A stretch of 63,787 nt of DNA, the filler included, from Choristocarpus tenellus KU-1152 (Eukaryota; Protista; Phaeophyceae): the NCBI GenBank assembly GCA_964200185.2. It is 14 parts of 14 records of this genome, joined end to end, with 100 filler letters (N's around TTAATTAATTAA, not from the genome) between each part and the next. Parts side by side here need not be neighbours in the genome. Positions count along the whole stretch, not along the records: positions 1 to 4,416 come from CAXNAD020014657.1; positions 4,517 to 7,237 come from CAXNAD020025317.1; positions 7,338 to 10,742 come from CAXNAD020020254.1; positions 10,843 to 15,262 come from CAXNAD020014639.1; 10 more parts are not named here. One strand, written 5' to 3'. Made by a program: the position numbers and the translations under genes. The notes under the pieces were generated by a model. It did no database searches. It was not told the origin of the DNA and saw only the letters and a program-made list of their open reading frames with translations. Shown here piece after piece: positions 1 to 11,170 of this stretch. Each line of letters starts with the position of its first letter. The stretch's first letter is position 1.

Positions 1-20
1 CTCCCAGATACTTTGGGTCT
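1..20 (+). repeat. Terminus of dispersed poly(C)-CAGATACTTTGGG repeat family
   Basis: CTCCCAGATACTTTGGGTC matches copies at 7338, 15508, 36375, 49357 and (reverse) 60726-60808. Confidence 0.7.
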
Positions 21-39
21 CAACTAGACTTTAGACCTC

Positions 40-1700
40 TACATTCTGTTGTGGTAGAGCTTTTCATTTTTTAGGTTCATTTTTACCACTTCTGACAGGG
101 CCACAATGGAAATACTACTATGATTTAAGAGTACCACTCCGGGACCATCACCGACAATAGCCGAATCGGGAGTGTAAAATATTACTTGACAGGACCACAC
201 TGGAGCTGATGATACTTCAAATTGGACAGGGCCGCAGACCGTAAAGGGTAAAATATGTTTTGCCAGACCAGTCATTGAGATGATAAGGTTGACCAGACCA
301 CACACTGGCCTATGATCACGGTCCAGCCAGTCTCTCTTGTAAATTGCCGGGCCGGTGTAATGTTGAGTGTAGTTCTGATTAAAGTGTATAAGGAGTGGAT
401 GGTACTTGATTTGAAGAGCCAAGTTGGTTGGAAACAACTACGCAGATATGTATGTATGGATGATAGTAGAAGAAGTTGTACTGTTCTGTCTTATCTCTCC
501 TCCCTCAACCGTTCAACGCATCTACAATACAATTCAGTGGGTATGACTAGATAGGGTTCATGTTTGTATAGCACCGATACTTATTATCGGAAGTAGGCCT
601 TATCGATGAACGTTCTACTATTATTCCCCCGCACGTCAAACACAAAGCGCCCCATTTTCATATTTCCTAATCTTGCTGATACTTAAGTTGTATCGATGTT
701 GTTTGGAAGATATTTCGATTTGAAGCGATCCTTCCTCACTAGTGCGTAGGAGAAGAAAATATACTCTTCTCTACTTCTACGTTACTACTTCAAGTTAGAC
801 AACACTTCTCTCAAACAACACCACCAGCAGTAATAATAGTGTAGTATCTCCTATGTGAATCTTGTGATTCTATTGTGGTCATTCAGAGAAGGGTGTTGAA
901 GAGATTCACCATCGAAGTTGGACCAGGTCAAGCAAGGTAAACCCTGACCGAGGGGATGAGGTAAAGTTGGACAAGGACAAGAGCGGACAGGGGAGAGATT
1001 GAGGACCTCATTCAAGTGGACCATCAGAGTGACAGGAAGCAACGTCAAAGGAAATACTTTGGTTCGTAGTATGTCTGAAATGAAGAAAATCCATTCATGG
1101 GACTGGTCTCTTGAAGACGTCCAATGGACTCAGTCTCAGTGAAGATCATCCACTAGAATCCAAGACTCTCGACAAGGAACGGACATATACATCTGAGGCA
1201 GTAAGAACCTCAAAGTTTGTCCCTATCCTCCTTTGTCATCAATACGATATTTTACAATAGTATATTACGTTCAAACAAAACATAGATTTCCCTTCATGAC
1301 ATCAGCATCGGGATTTTAGGTGGATCTATACTAATGATACCTTACGCTGGACCGGCAACAAGTGATGGGACCGGTTCAGGGACTGGTCTGGATGAAACAT
1401 GTCTATATCGGGACCAGTCCTTGGATCATCAGAGAGGGTAACCTGACCGGATCCCGGATTGGTCTGAGCTGAACATTTGTTGCAACTTAACAGGTTGGGA
1501 TCGGAGAGATGAATATTTTAGCCAACCGAGTCACGGGTTGGTCAGGGTAAAACATGTCCTAAGAGGGTTGGTTGAATGGGTGAAGAGTTTGTCTCGACTG
1601 GCCCGTGGCCTAGCCCTGTCTAGAACATAACATGTTGGGGATTCTTCGTGACTGAATATAATCTGGCAGGACTAAATGTACTTGTTCACCCTACGTTGTA
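40..1700 (-). mobile_element. Possible highly decayed LTR-retrotransposon (Gypsy-like) pol remnant
   Basis: Broken minus-strand translation KGNLCFV*T*Y...RIDD (~1290-1235) loosely resembles Gypsy RT KDG-LRFCVDY...PRIDD, and MTGLAKHIL (~275-250) resembles an integrase segment. Many stops; weak. Confidence 0.2.
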
Positions 1701-2526
1701 TGGGTAGTGTAAAATGTGAAAGTGTGAATCACATCCTTATCACGAATATAGTTGCAAAATATCAGTCAGTGCATCGCAATCAATACTTGAAAGTGTGCTG
1801 TGACATGTAACAAGTACTCAACAGTTGTATTATTTTCTTTGCTTGTTGGGAGAAAATGAGCTAGCAGAAACATGTGAGTGAGCCATAGGATCTACGCAGC
1901 AGGAGGCTCCCTACCATCGGAATGATGTGCCCCACCTCCGATGCATGCGACAACCTTTGAAAAGGTTCTTCTGCGCATTTTATGAGAGGTAAAAGAGTAT
2001 TGCCAAAGGTTGGAGGACCAGTTCGTCTGGTCCGTCTTGCCCTGTGATTCTCTTCACCACCCCTTGCCTTATTGAACCACGCCACTACATAGAATCATAC
2101 GATTCATAACTGTGTCCGTACGATCGATACTCTCCCTTTCCACACTCAAAATGACACCACATTTTAGCGAAGGCCCTTTCTGTACTTGTACAAAATGTCA
2201 TGCTTTGGACATTTCTTCAAATCCTTCAATTGAAATCTGCCAAACTTTCCATTACTACCACAATGGAAGAACATCTTGTCCTGGGACATGTCAGTACTAT
2301 AATCTTATCAGTGTTATCCTATTGTATGTTATTGCTTTATCGTGCTTGTTGGATGCTTTAGGTATACAATACAGTACGTGGACGTATGCATACGATACAC
2401 GGAACATGTGAGGTATGCATTGTACCATACCTACGCCCACCTATTCCTTCATTCAGTCTACTGCATTATGGCTAAACCATGATGATATCAACGCTATTCA
2501 TGTGTACACAAATCCTCAATATGTAT

Positions 2527-2652
2527 AACAGCCGATTTCAAAAATTGAGGATGGAGCTTTTCATTGAGGATGGGCTTGACCCAAAATTGACTGGGATAAA
2601 GTGTCGACATGATTTTTTTTTTAAATGTTCATAATTTTTGAATTCGGCTGTT
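2527..2652 (+). mobile_element. MITE family A, copy 1 (TIR AACAGCCGATTTCAAAAATT; TSD GTAT)
   Basis: Terminal inverted repeats, GTAT on both flanks, homologous to 43560-43696 and 50087-50191. Confidence 0.9.
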
Positions 2653-3191
2653 GTATGCGTGTGTATATGAATATATAGTCAAACCAGAAAAATCATGAAT
2701 ATGATATACTCAAATATTAGGGTCCCACATGCCTCCAATCATGGAACACCACCACTACAACTGACAGTGTCGTAGCGGTGCACGTTGTCAGTGGTGTTAA
2801 AATCTTCGGTCAGCTGGAGGAGAGCGCCAACTCATCCAGATATGTTGATATAATTTACTACCTGAAAACGAGTGTTGCGAGGTTAATATGTTGGGGGGTT
2901 CCTTTAGCCAGATTGTGCGCAACAAATGTCTGATGAACCTCTGACAACCTCAAATACTACAGAGCTATGAATCGCGAATGCTTAATCGCCTAAGGTATGA
3001 TCATTGAAAAACAAGCAACCATGACCAAAGGAGTTCAGTAATGTTGTCATAAAATACATTGACTTGAGTTTATGCAAGTGTGTTTCTCTACAAAAACATT
3101 ATCAATGGATATTTACATATTGTAACCCCTGCATATTCCATTAATCGTTGTATTGTCACCCCACCGACAAATATTCATGTCACCAGCACCA

Positions 3192-3349
3192 TTGAGTCAA
3201 ACTAAATGAGGAGCACCCAGGTTTTGGACGTTTTGCATTCCAAGCAGTATTTTCCAAGTTTTCAACAGAATTCGGAAAAGTTCCTATAGACATTTCTAAA
3301 AAAATACAAATTTGGTAAATCTGGGTATCTTTCATTCAGTTTCATTCAA
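3192..3349. mobile_element. Degenerate MITE-like inverted-repeat element
   Basis: Left TTGAGTCAAACTAAATGAGGAGCACCCAGGTTT vs reverse complement of right end TTGAATGAAACTGAATGAAAGATACCCAGATTT; no clear TSD. Confidence 0.5.
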
Positions 3350-4416
3350 AACTCTTAGCCCAACAACTGCTTCTATATACAAGAGCCTGAATAAAATTAT
3401 GGTAATCTATTTTTTTTTTAGTTTTCTACCATTCTTGGTGGGTTGATATCTCTAATATGAATGGAGCTAATAATGGAGGTGCCACTTTTAACCGTCAAAA
3501 ATCTGACGACCAACTACAAGAGAAAGATCCCGTTTTCCAGATTAGTCCACATAAACATAAACATGTGTAAGTAGATTATCAGATGGTGACCACTAGTTAG
3601 TTTGATGCCCTAACGAAACTCCACTTGACAAATTGCACCCGTTGTGAGGTCCTACCCTATTTGCTTTTCACAAATCTAAACACTTCTTCAAATCAACTCA
3701 TACAACTAACCTGTCATTCTTACCAGTTTTTGGCTGTCATCCCATTGGATCTGCAGTTGTTCATAATGGTGTAGAAATACACTCACTCACTACTCACTGT
3801 CCATTTAACATCAATTCAGTGCTGTAGGCCACAAGAAAAATCTGTAAGCAATATTACAATAGTGTGCTAACTCACTGAATTGCGATTACAATACACTATT
3901 GGTACACGAGGTTGATCCTACTAAGGCTCAAAGTGTCACTATTGGTTGACACCATCAGGATCAGGATAGTTGGGAAACACACAATACTTTTCAGCTGGTC
4001 ATTTAGTACTTAAGAAGCGCCACTGCAGCACCCAGTTCACAATGCATCCTCCACCAAGTCACACATAAGCTTTAAGTTAGTTAAGCAGTCTATCAAAGTG
4101 AAGGTTGGTCACACAGCAATACATTATCCTCTCATCTCGACAAATTATTCCAGCCTCTAGCCAATCCTTCACAACTTGTACAGATAAAGAATCCTCCATA
4201 TATCTTGTAGTAGACTTCTACATTTACGACCTTCACATATACCCAAACATCACACTTCACCCTCCAACCCTGATAACAATAAGGGTCGCTGTACTACAGA
4301 TATGTGTTGGCATACCACATGAAACTCACTTTGTCAAGCAGTTCCTACTTCCAGTCCAACCTGACATACCACGGACAAACCCTCGTCATAAATTGATCAC
4401 GCATGCATACTCCCCT

Positions 4417-4516
4417 NNNNNNNNNNNNNNNNNNNNNNNNNNNNNNNNNNNNNNNNNNNNTTAATTAATTAANNNNNNNNNNNNNNNNNNNNNNNNNNNN
4501 NNNNNNNNNNNNNNNN
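4417..4516. other. Artificial contig-joining spacer (44 N + TTAATTAATTAA + 44 N), first of 13
   Basis: Identical 100-nt spacers at 4417-4516, 7238-7337, 10743-10842, 15263-15362, 17986-18085, 26321-26420, 30257-30356, 33000-33099, 36275-36374, 41296-41395, 45974-46073, 49257-49356 and 60827-60926. The linker places stops in all six frames. Confidence 0.98.
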
Positions 4517-4878
4517 CCCCCCCCCTCCACCTCCCTGACTTCTACGCTTTTGCATGGTCTAGCAACAACCACTTACTCTATGGAGTAGGGCTCACCAACT
4601 CCTATATCAATGTGAGACGGATGAGGGCCATGGGTTTACATTCCACCCCCACACCCTCTGTGTACGTGGTTGAGGACAGAGGCACCCAAGTCAATCTTAC
4701 TAACCCATACAACCATCAGAAGCCAGAACCACACAAACAACTAGAAAAAAATCTCCATGCACCAACATACGGAATGCATACACCCTTCTTGTGTGACTTC
4801 CTCTCTACTGTCCCCCCCCACCCCTCCCTCCTAACACATTCCCACTCCAATTCCAACAAAATCAGACCCTAGGGGTGC

Positions 4879-6150
4879 TCATGCAGAGTGAGCACTGGCA
4901 GAGGCAACAGCATTTGCTGCAGTATTATTGGCAGCTAGAGCATCAACCCCTTCCGCCATCTCACCCACATCATTGGCAGCAGCCAAAGCATGCATCAGAA
5001 CATACACTGAGGCTCGCTGCTTGTTGGGCTTGCGCTCTGGGTTTCGAGGCTGCACATCAGTCAGGTCTTCCACCGCTTCACAAAGTGTGTATGTGTTGAG
5101 CAGCTCTGAGATGGAGCTACCAGCACAAACATCAGCATTAATCTTCTTGCCCTTCCCAACACCAGTACCACCATTGCCTCCATTCTCAGTCCCATTACCT
5201 TTACTGCTACAAGAATCAGTAGTCGCCATAGATGAGGGATTGACCTCCTCGCTGTCCTTAGTTGTAGCATTAACCTTTTCTTCACCCTTCACAGTCAGTG
5301 CCTGCCCCCCCCCTCCCCCACCCTCGTCTTCAGACTCCTCCTCAGTACCTGTGGGTCCCAGTGCACTGGCCAGGCAGGTAAGGGCCTGTAGGATAGAGGG
5401 GCGCTTCTTTGCCTCTTGATTTGCTCCATCAGCAAGACCCAGATTGTCCTCGACAGCCTTAATAAGGACTTCGTGAGCAATAGATGATGGCCGCCGCTGT
5501 GGCCCATCATCATTTTCAACCTCCCGTTCCCCTGCCCGCCCCCCACCTCCCCACCCACTCCTATTACCAGACTCACTCTCCAGGAGCTCACCCCCCGAGG
5601 CCTCTGCTGCTGCATCTGCAGCTGCCGCTGCCGCCGCAGCTGCCACATCCTCATGATCCACAACCAGCCGAACACTTTTCCGTCTTTTGGGAGGGGGAAC
5701 ACCAGAAAACCCTTCCACTGATTGCTTCTGGACCGTCCCTTGACTTTGTCCCTTTCTCTCATCCCGCCCCTCCTGCATCTCAGACTTTTCACTTCCCCTT
5801 CCCTCTTTCTCCGCAGGGATGTCATTTTGGTCGCTATCACGATTGCGTTTGAAGGAGACATGACGACTACGAATTGGCACAGTGGACGCCTCTGACTGCT
5901 CCAACTCTTCTGACTCCTCCCTTCCCGTTCTCTGCAATGACCCCTGTGCTGATACTCCTCTGACATCTCCTAGATCTGCCTTGGCTTGAGAGTAAGATGC
6001 CTGGTGTGACAGTGATGGATGATCTTGGAAGTGACCAGATTCACCATCCACCATATCTGAAAGGTACCATGCCAGTTCACTCACCGACGACCGGCGCCGT
6101 GAGGCTAGGTAGTTAATGGACTCTCCATCCAGACCTGCAGCCCCCACATC
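4879..6150 (-). CDS. Large terminal exon of an unknown, mostly disordered protein with repeated basic-x-Ser + amphipathic helix modules
   Basis: 423-codon open frame starting at acceptor ttccag|GATGTG (6150) and ending at TGA 4879-4881; low-complexity E/G/S/A composition. Upstream exons not identified. Confidence 0.75.
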   Translation of the reverse strand, partial: DVGAAGLDGESINYLASRRRSSVSELAWYLSDMVDGESGHFQDHPSLSHQASYSQAKADLGDVRGVSAQGSLQRTGREESEELEQSEASTVPIRSRHVSFKRNRDSDQNDIPAEKEGRGSEKSEMQEGRDERKGQSQGTVQKQSVEGFSGVPPPKRRKSVRLVVDHEDVAAAAAAAAADAAAEASGGELLESESGNRSGWGGGGRAGEREVENDDGPQRRPSSIAHEVLIKAVEDNLGLADGANQEAKKRPSILQALTCLASALGPTGTEEESEDEGGGGGGQALTVKGEEKVNATTKDSEEVNPSSMATTDSCSSKGNGTENGGNGGTGVGKGKKINADVCAGSSISELLNTYTLCEAVEDLTDVQPRNPERKPNKQRASVYVLMHALAAANDVGEMAEGVDALAANNTAANAVASASAHSA

Positions 6151-7337
6151 CTGGAACACACACAACACAAAAATATAAAGAAAAAAAAATGTGAAACGAC
6201 TCAGGCAGAATAGATGTCAACTGTCACTAATAAACTGCATAGTCAAGGGGCATGGTTCTCAACAAAAAAAAAAAAATCAAGCTGAGCAGGCGTCTGCTTC
6301 AAATATGTCAAAATAGTCTCCTGCCTTGTGCATTGTACTTCTCCAAACACTTTGAACCTCCCCTATGCATAAAATTCCTGGAAACAGTCTACCATCAAGA
6401 GACCTTCAAAGAGACCATGTCTTCAAATCAGTTGGTGTCTACGGAATGCTTTGCCGGGACTAGGATTGGTGAGAAAAATTACAATTTTTTCATTGTTAAT
6501 CACTTCGGTGCCCACCCTCAAAGAAAGAACAAAAAAACTCCAAGATATGGGGACTTTCCACTATGGTATTAGTTGTACATCAACATTTTGTCCACCTCAA
6601 CTTGAACTTGGCGAGTATGCAATGCAGGTGACTACAAGATCCTAGATTTTTTTTTTAAAGAAACAGTCATAGCCCCTGTACTTTCTGCTCATCCTGAATA
6701 CTCCCTACAGCAGTAGAGACAAAAAAATGAACCAAGAGGAATCAAAATTCAACTATTTTGTGCAGGACATTGTAAAGCTATCCCAGTAGCACACACACAC
6801 ACATGGATACTTTTTTTCAAGTAATACAAAATATAGGGGCAAAGAAGTACACAAAATACTAACATTTGAGAGGAGTATATACTATTCAAATAATACACAA
6901 AACACTTGGTGTTACTCATTACCACTAAATCAGACAACAGTAGATTCCAAAACAAAAATGAATACAGTTTACACCTATTGCAGCCAGTCGCAACACAGCA
7001 GCCAGTCAACCATTTCACATCTCACTCAAACATTTGATTTGATCGTCATTTCTTTTCATCAACATTTTGTGCCCTTTCACCTTCTGCTGGTTGTCTAGTT
7101 CCTGGGCTATGTTTACCAGGTGTGTGCAGAAGGACCCCCTCTGGACAAACGGAGTGTGCACCTGGAGGAAGGCAGTGGATGCATGGAGGGAGGTAAAAAT
7201 TGGAAGAATTAAGGCAAGAAAGGCATTTGGAGGGGGGNNNNNNNNNNNNNNNNNNNNNNNNNNNNNNNNNNNNNNNNNNNNTTAATTAATTAANNNNNNN
7301 NNNNNNNNNNNNNNNNNNNNNNNNNNNNNNNNNNNNN

Positions 7338-7364
7338 CCCCCCCCTCCCCACAGATACTTTGGG
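7338..7364 (+). repeat. Poly(C)-CAGATACTTTGGG repeat terminus
   Basis: C-tract followed by ACAGATACTTTGGG at the contig start. Confidence 0.65.
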
Positions 7365-7449
7365 CCGGAGCTAGCCTACCCTTCCCCGGACTCTCTACCC
7401 CTATAGTTCTGGACACTTCACACAAACTCCAGACTGTCTGCAAATTGGG

Positions 7450-8800
7450 GATAAATGCTGCCCAGTTGCCTGCGGGTCTTTTTTCAGAAGGGCATGTGCT
7501 TCAGCTTTCTGCACACTCTGGCGCCCCTACCTGGAGGGATTTTTCGGTGGAATAGGACAATTTGGTGTCATCATCTTGCTCATTATGCAAGGGGAACTGT
7601 AATACTACCACCACTTCAAAGTCGTCGAGCATACCAAGAACATCACCTTTTTCAAAATGTAATCTCACCATCAGGGGGTTACTCTTGTCTGGAAATCCTA
7701 GCTAGGTCGAACATTGAATTGTATCTAGTTCGAGCTTGAAATTAATAACTCGAGGAATGACTAACCTGATTGGTTTGCCTTGTCTGAGAAGATAAAGCTT
7801 GGGCAAGTACCTCTGGTAGAAAATCCTACTTCTCTTCATGAGCACACTTGAACAGTTTATTGGAGTATAACTGTATGTGAGACATTGACATAGGGTGAGT
7901 GGGATAGGTGTCCGAAGTGGACCAAAGAGGAACATCTTCATCATTGTCGTCGTCGCTTGCCCTTCTATTCTCTGTTTGTCTTCATCCCCATTTGACGTAT
8001 AAGTCAGGTCATACATAAGAAATGTGCATATCTTGTGTGAAAGTATCCAGGGCCTTTCACTGGGCCAGGTATTGCCAGGCAGTGAGCATGATGTCCACCA
8101 TCCATCCAGGTCATGGCCGACCATAGGCCGGCCCATGGCCTGCCCATGTTCGAAGTTGGTTGTACAAGGCTCACCAGCACGCTGGCTATGTTGAGGTAGT
8201 GATGGCCACCCGACCATGTTAAAGGTTTATTCAGTGTCCACGATCCTGTAATATACATATATATTTGAAACACAAGCAGCCACATCATACCATGTTACGG
8301 AGACCCTTTCATTCTAAATGAGGTATATACTACGATTTCAAAACAACGAAGTTTCAGTGGTGGGTTAGAAAGAGCATTATTTTGCCCTCAAACTTTTCCA
8401 CTATATTGTTGTGGAGGAAGCAAAACATCAAAATAAACACTAGATATATCCCCATCATCAACTACATTAATTCCATGATGAAAACAATTTTCTTCTTAGT
8501 CTAATTTGACTGTCGTAAATTTGGTGCAAATACGACAAACCTCTTGTTAGAAGAACATATCACAATTCTAATACTTAGGAAGAATCCTCACCATCAGCAA
8601 ATAAATGACAAAGGTAAGCTGTGTATCTTCAGTGTGGAGGGTAGAAGACACCCCTCACCGAAGAAACCGCAAGCAAGAGTCATACTCAGGTGATAAAGGC
8701 CAAGCAGAGCCCAGTAACAGGGTCAGTAAGAGAGGTCAAGGATAGGAGAGTATGCCAAAGAAGCTGAAAGACATTCTTTTGGCATGCATGGGAAAGAAAG
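7450..8800 (-). mobile_element. Possible decayed Gypsy-like RT/RNaseH remnant
   Basis: Fragments such as LKLRCFEIV (cf. ELRSFLG), CLAIPGPVK and FLMYDLTY occur in RT-RNaseH order; many stops and frameshifts. Confidence 0.2.
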
Positions 8801-9245
8801 GTATACTCAACCATATCATCAATAAAAACATTGAAAAAAAAGGGAAACACTCTTCTTCTTCTTACGGTTGATTACAACCTATAGAAAACCTTGTGGTTCT
8901 GCGACATAGATGCACCGTAAAACAGTTGGTGGAATAACCAACCAGAAGCGATGGAAAGACTGTTATTATTATAGGGAGTGAAAATTGCTAATCACTGATT
9001 TCGTATACAATTCTTAATATCTGCACCATGACAATAAGAACACATGATCTTTTGAACCCAAGGTCGACTTACTGAAACCCAGTATGCTTCTTCCTAGAAA
9101 CCAATTTTTTGGTCACTCTGTTCTGTGAAGGGAACAAAATTGGAATTTTCTCGTGCGTAGTATACAATGATATTGGTGAGAACCTTCAAATGAGGCCCAG
9201 TCTAGCGCAGTGTGGTGCGCACGTGCGCACTCTGTTGACATTCCA

Positions 9246-9503
9246 TTCTCATGTTCAGTATTTTTCACTCCTTCAGACTTCCCCATGGACATTATGGACA
9301 AAACACCATTACAGGTATCGAGGTGAAGACTGTCTTGACTGTCCTGATGGAGGGGTAGGATGGGTCAACAGTCAAAACTTCACATCTTGTGGATAACGCA
9401 TTTAGGTGCCATGTTAGGCCTAATGAGACGTTGTGGTGGTGCGTTTGTCAATTATGTTGAAGGCGAATTTTGAGGGGGTGAAAAATACTGAACGTGATGA
9501 GAA
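9246..9503. mobile_element. MITE-like element with ~26-30 bp inverted termini
   Basis: CATGTTCAGTATTTTTCACTCCTTCA (9250-9275) vs reverse complement of 9471-9496, CACGTTCAGTATTTTTCACCCCCTCA. Confidence 0.65.
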
Positions 9504-10842
9504 ACGTGACGGGGCATTTATTAACTATTTCTCAACTCTGAAAAACATTTGATGACGTGTACAACACAGCACACTAGTGTTCCTCATTTCAGCAAGGCTC
9601 TCACCAGTAACATGGTACACTATTCCCCTCTCACAGAAAGAACGGCACGTAAACCGACTTCTAGGAAATGTGACCAATTGTAGGTTCGAAATATCCTGTG
9701 TTCAAGTTCATAAAAAGAAACCGAAATTCGAGGAAAATCCTGGTGTCATTATGATATTGAATTGACTTCTTCCCTTACGCATCTGTAAAATGTCAAAAGG
9801 CATAGTAATATAATAAAAATTTCAGTTGTGTTGTGCATCGTAGCAATCCAATACCTACGATTAGATAACATACTGAAAGTTCCTGCCTCTGTGTCGCGGA
9901 CGAATACTTAGTGCGTACACGTGTAAGGTGATTTTTTCCTCTGCAACTACCGCTGTCACAGTCTGTGAGCCCCTCCATTGTCAATTGTGGCCACAAGCTG
10001 TAAAAGAGGGGGGATGTCAGAGACTATAATGGTTGGCTGTGCAGGGGTAAAACATCGAGAAAATAACAGAGGTCACCTTCAATAAATATCTTCATGGAGA
10101 GTCTTACAGAGGAGGTGGGCACAGCTGCTGCACCACATGCAACTAACTGTTGCGTCTTCTCCTGTGGCTCCACCGCATACAAGCAATACATGGCAAGAAG
10201 CGAATTGCTCAGGTTTGGTTTCGAGGCACCAGCAGTGCGTCAAACAAGGGGGCCATTTACCACCCATAGGATGAAGACGACAACCCTACCCTGCTCCAGC
10301 CTATCGAGTGGGCTGTACAGGACAGGCTAGATCAATGCAAGGCTCTGCCCTCAAGTCTGTTTCTCGTCCCTGACACAACATACAGAGTGCAACGAATGTG
10401 ACAGCAATAACAGAGCCAATACTGCTTACTGAAAGTCCTTTCAACACACCAAGAAGAGCTGCAATGAATTTGAAAACAAGAAAACAAGAAACCTACTACA
10501 GCTAATACTAATCCTCTTAACCAAAACTGACACTGTGGAATCGACCAAAGATGTCGAATCCACAAGATATTAAAATGCCCCCAATGTACGTATGTATGGC
10601 TACAGCCATGTGCCATTTGAACTCAAGCATCCTAGAGGGGGGTGGCTTTTTAAGGGATCCATATGCCTGTTGTGTTTTTCTGACTTGCATTTTTTCGTCC
10701 CCACTATATCCTCCAATCCAACGACAAAACATCCATCCACAGNNNNNNNNNNNNNNNNNNNNNNNNNNNNNNNNNNNNNNNNNNNNTTAATTAATTAANN
10801 NNNNNNNNNNNNNNNNNNNNNNNNNNNNNNNNNNNNNNNNNN

Positions 10843-11170
10843 GGGATCTGGCATGCTGGTTCCAGCGGTTGCGTCAAGGCCCAGGCGTTTGCTCCTTGTC
10901 CACACTGGCTCCGGTGGCGCGCTAGGGCTAATGAAGAGCTTTCCCTCCCTTGGTGGGCCTCATGTGGAAGGTCAGCTAGCTTTGTCCTGAAGGAGTCAAA
11001 ACGAATCTTGTTGAGGAGGCGTGTGATCTCGTGCTGAGCCCTCCTTGTGATCCTGGCGTCATGAGCTGCCAGTATGTGAACCTCTGGGGTAGGTGCAGGT
11101 GGTGCTGTTCCCCCCCAAGTTACCCAGTCTTGGCCAATAATTTCAGCCAGTGTAAATATCCTATCTAATG
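10843..11170 (-). mobile_element. Non-LTR retrotransposon fragment, CRE-like, region C-terminal to RT
   Basis: RAQHEITRLLN...LARHRSQCGQGANAWALTQPLEP resembles the ARL-S--G-GAGAWL-A-P block preceding the zinc knuckle/RLE in CRE-clade elements; truncated by the contig edge. Confidence 0.65.

Noticed and set aside
4461-4472. Recurring TTAATTAATTAA palindrome as a biological motif
   Set aside because: Always centred in identical N padding; it is a concatenation linker.
7110-7195. KDPLWTNGVCTWRKAV resembling the TTF zinc finger of hAT transposases
   Set aside because: Too short, truncated by the contig edge, and the metal ligands are not visible.
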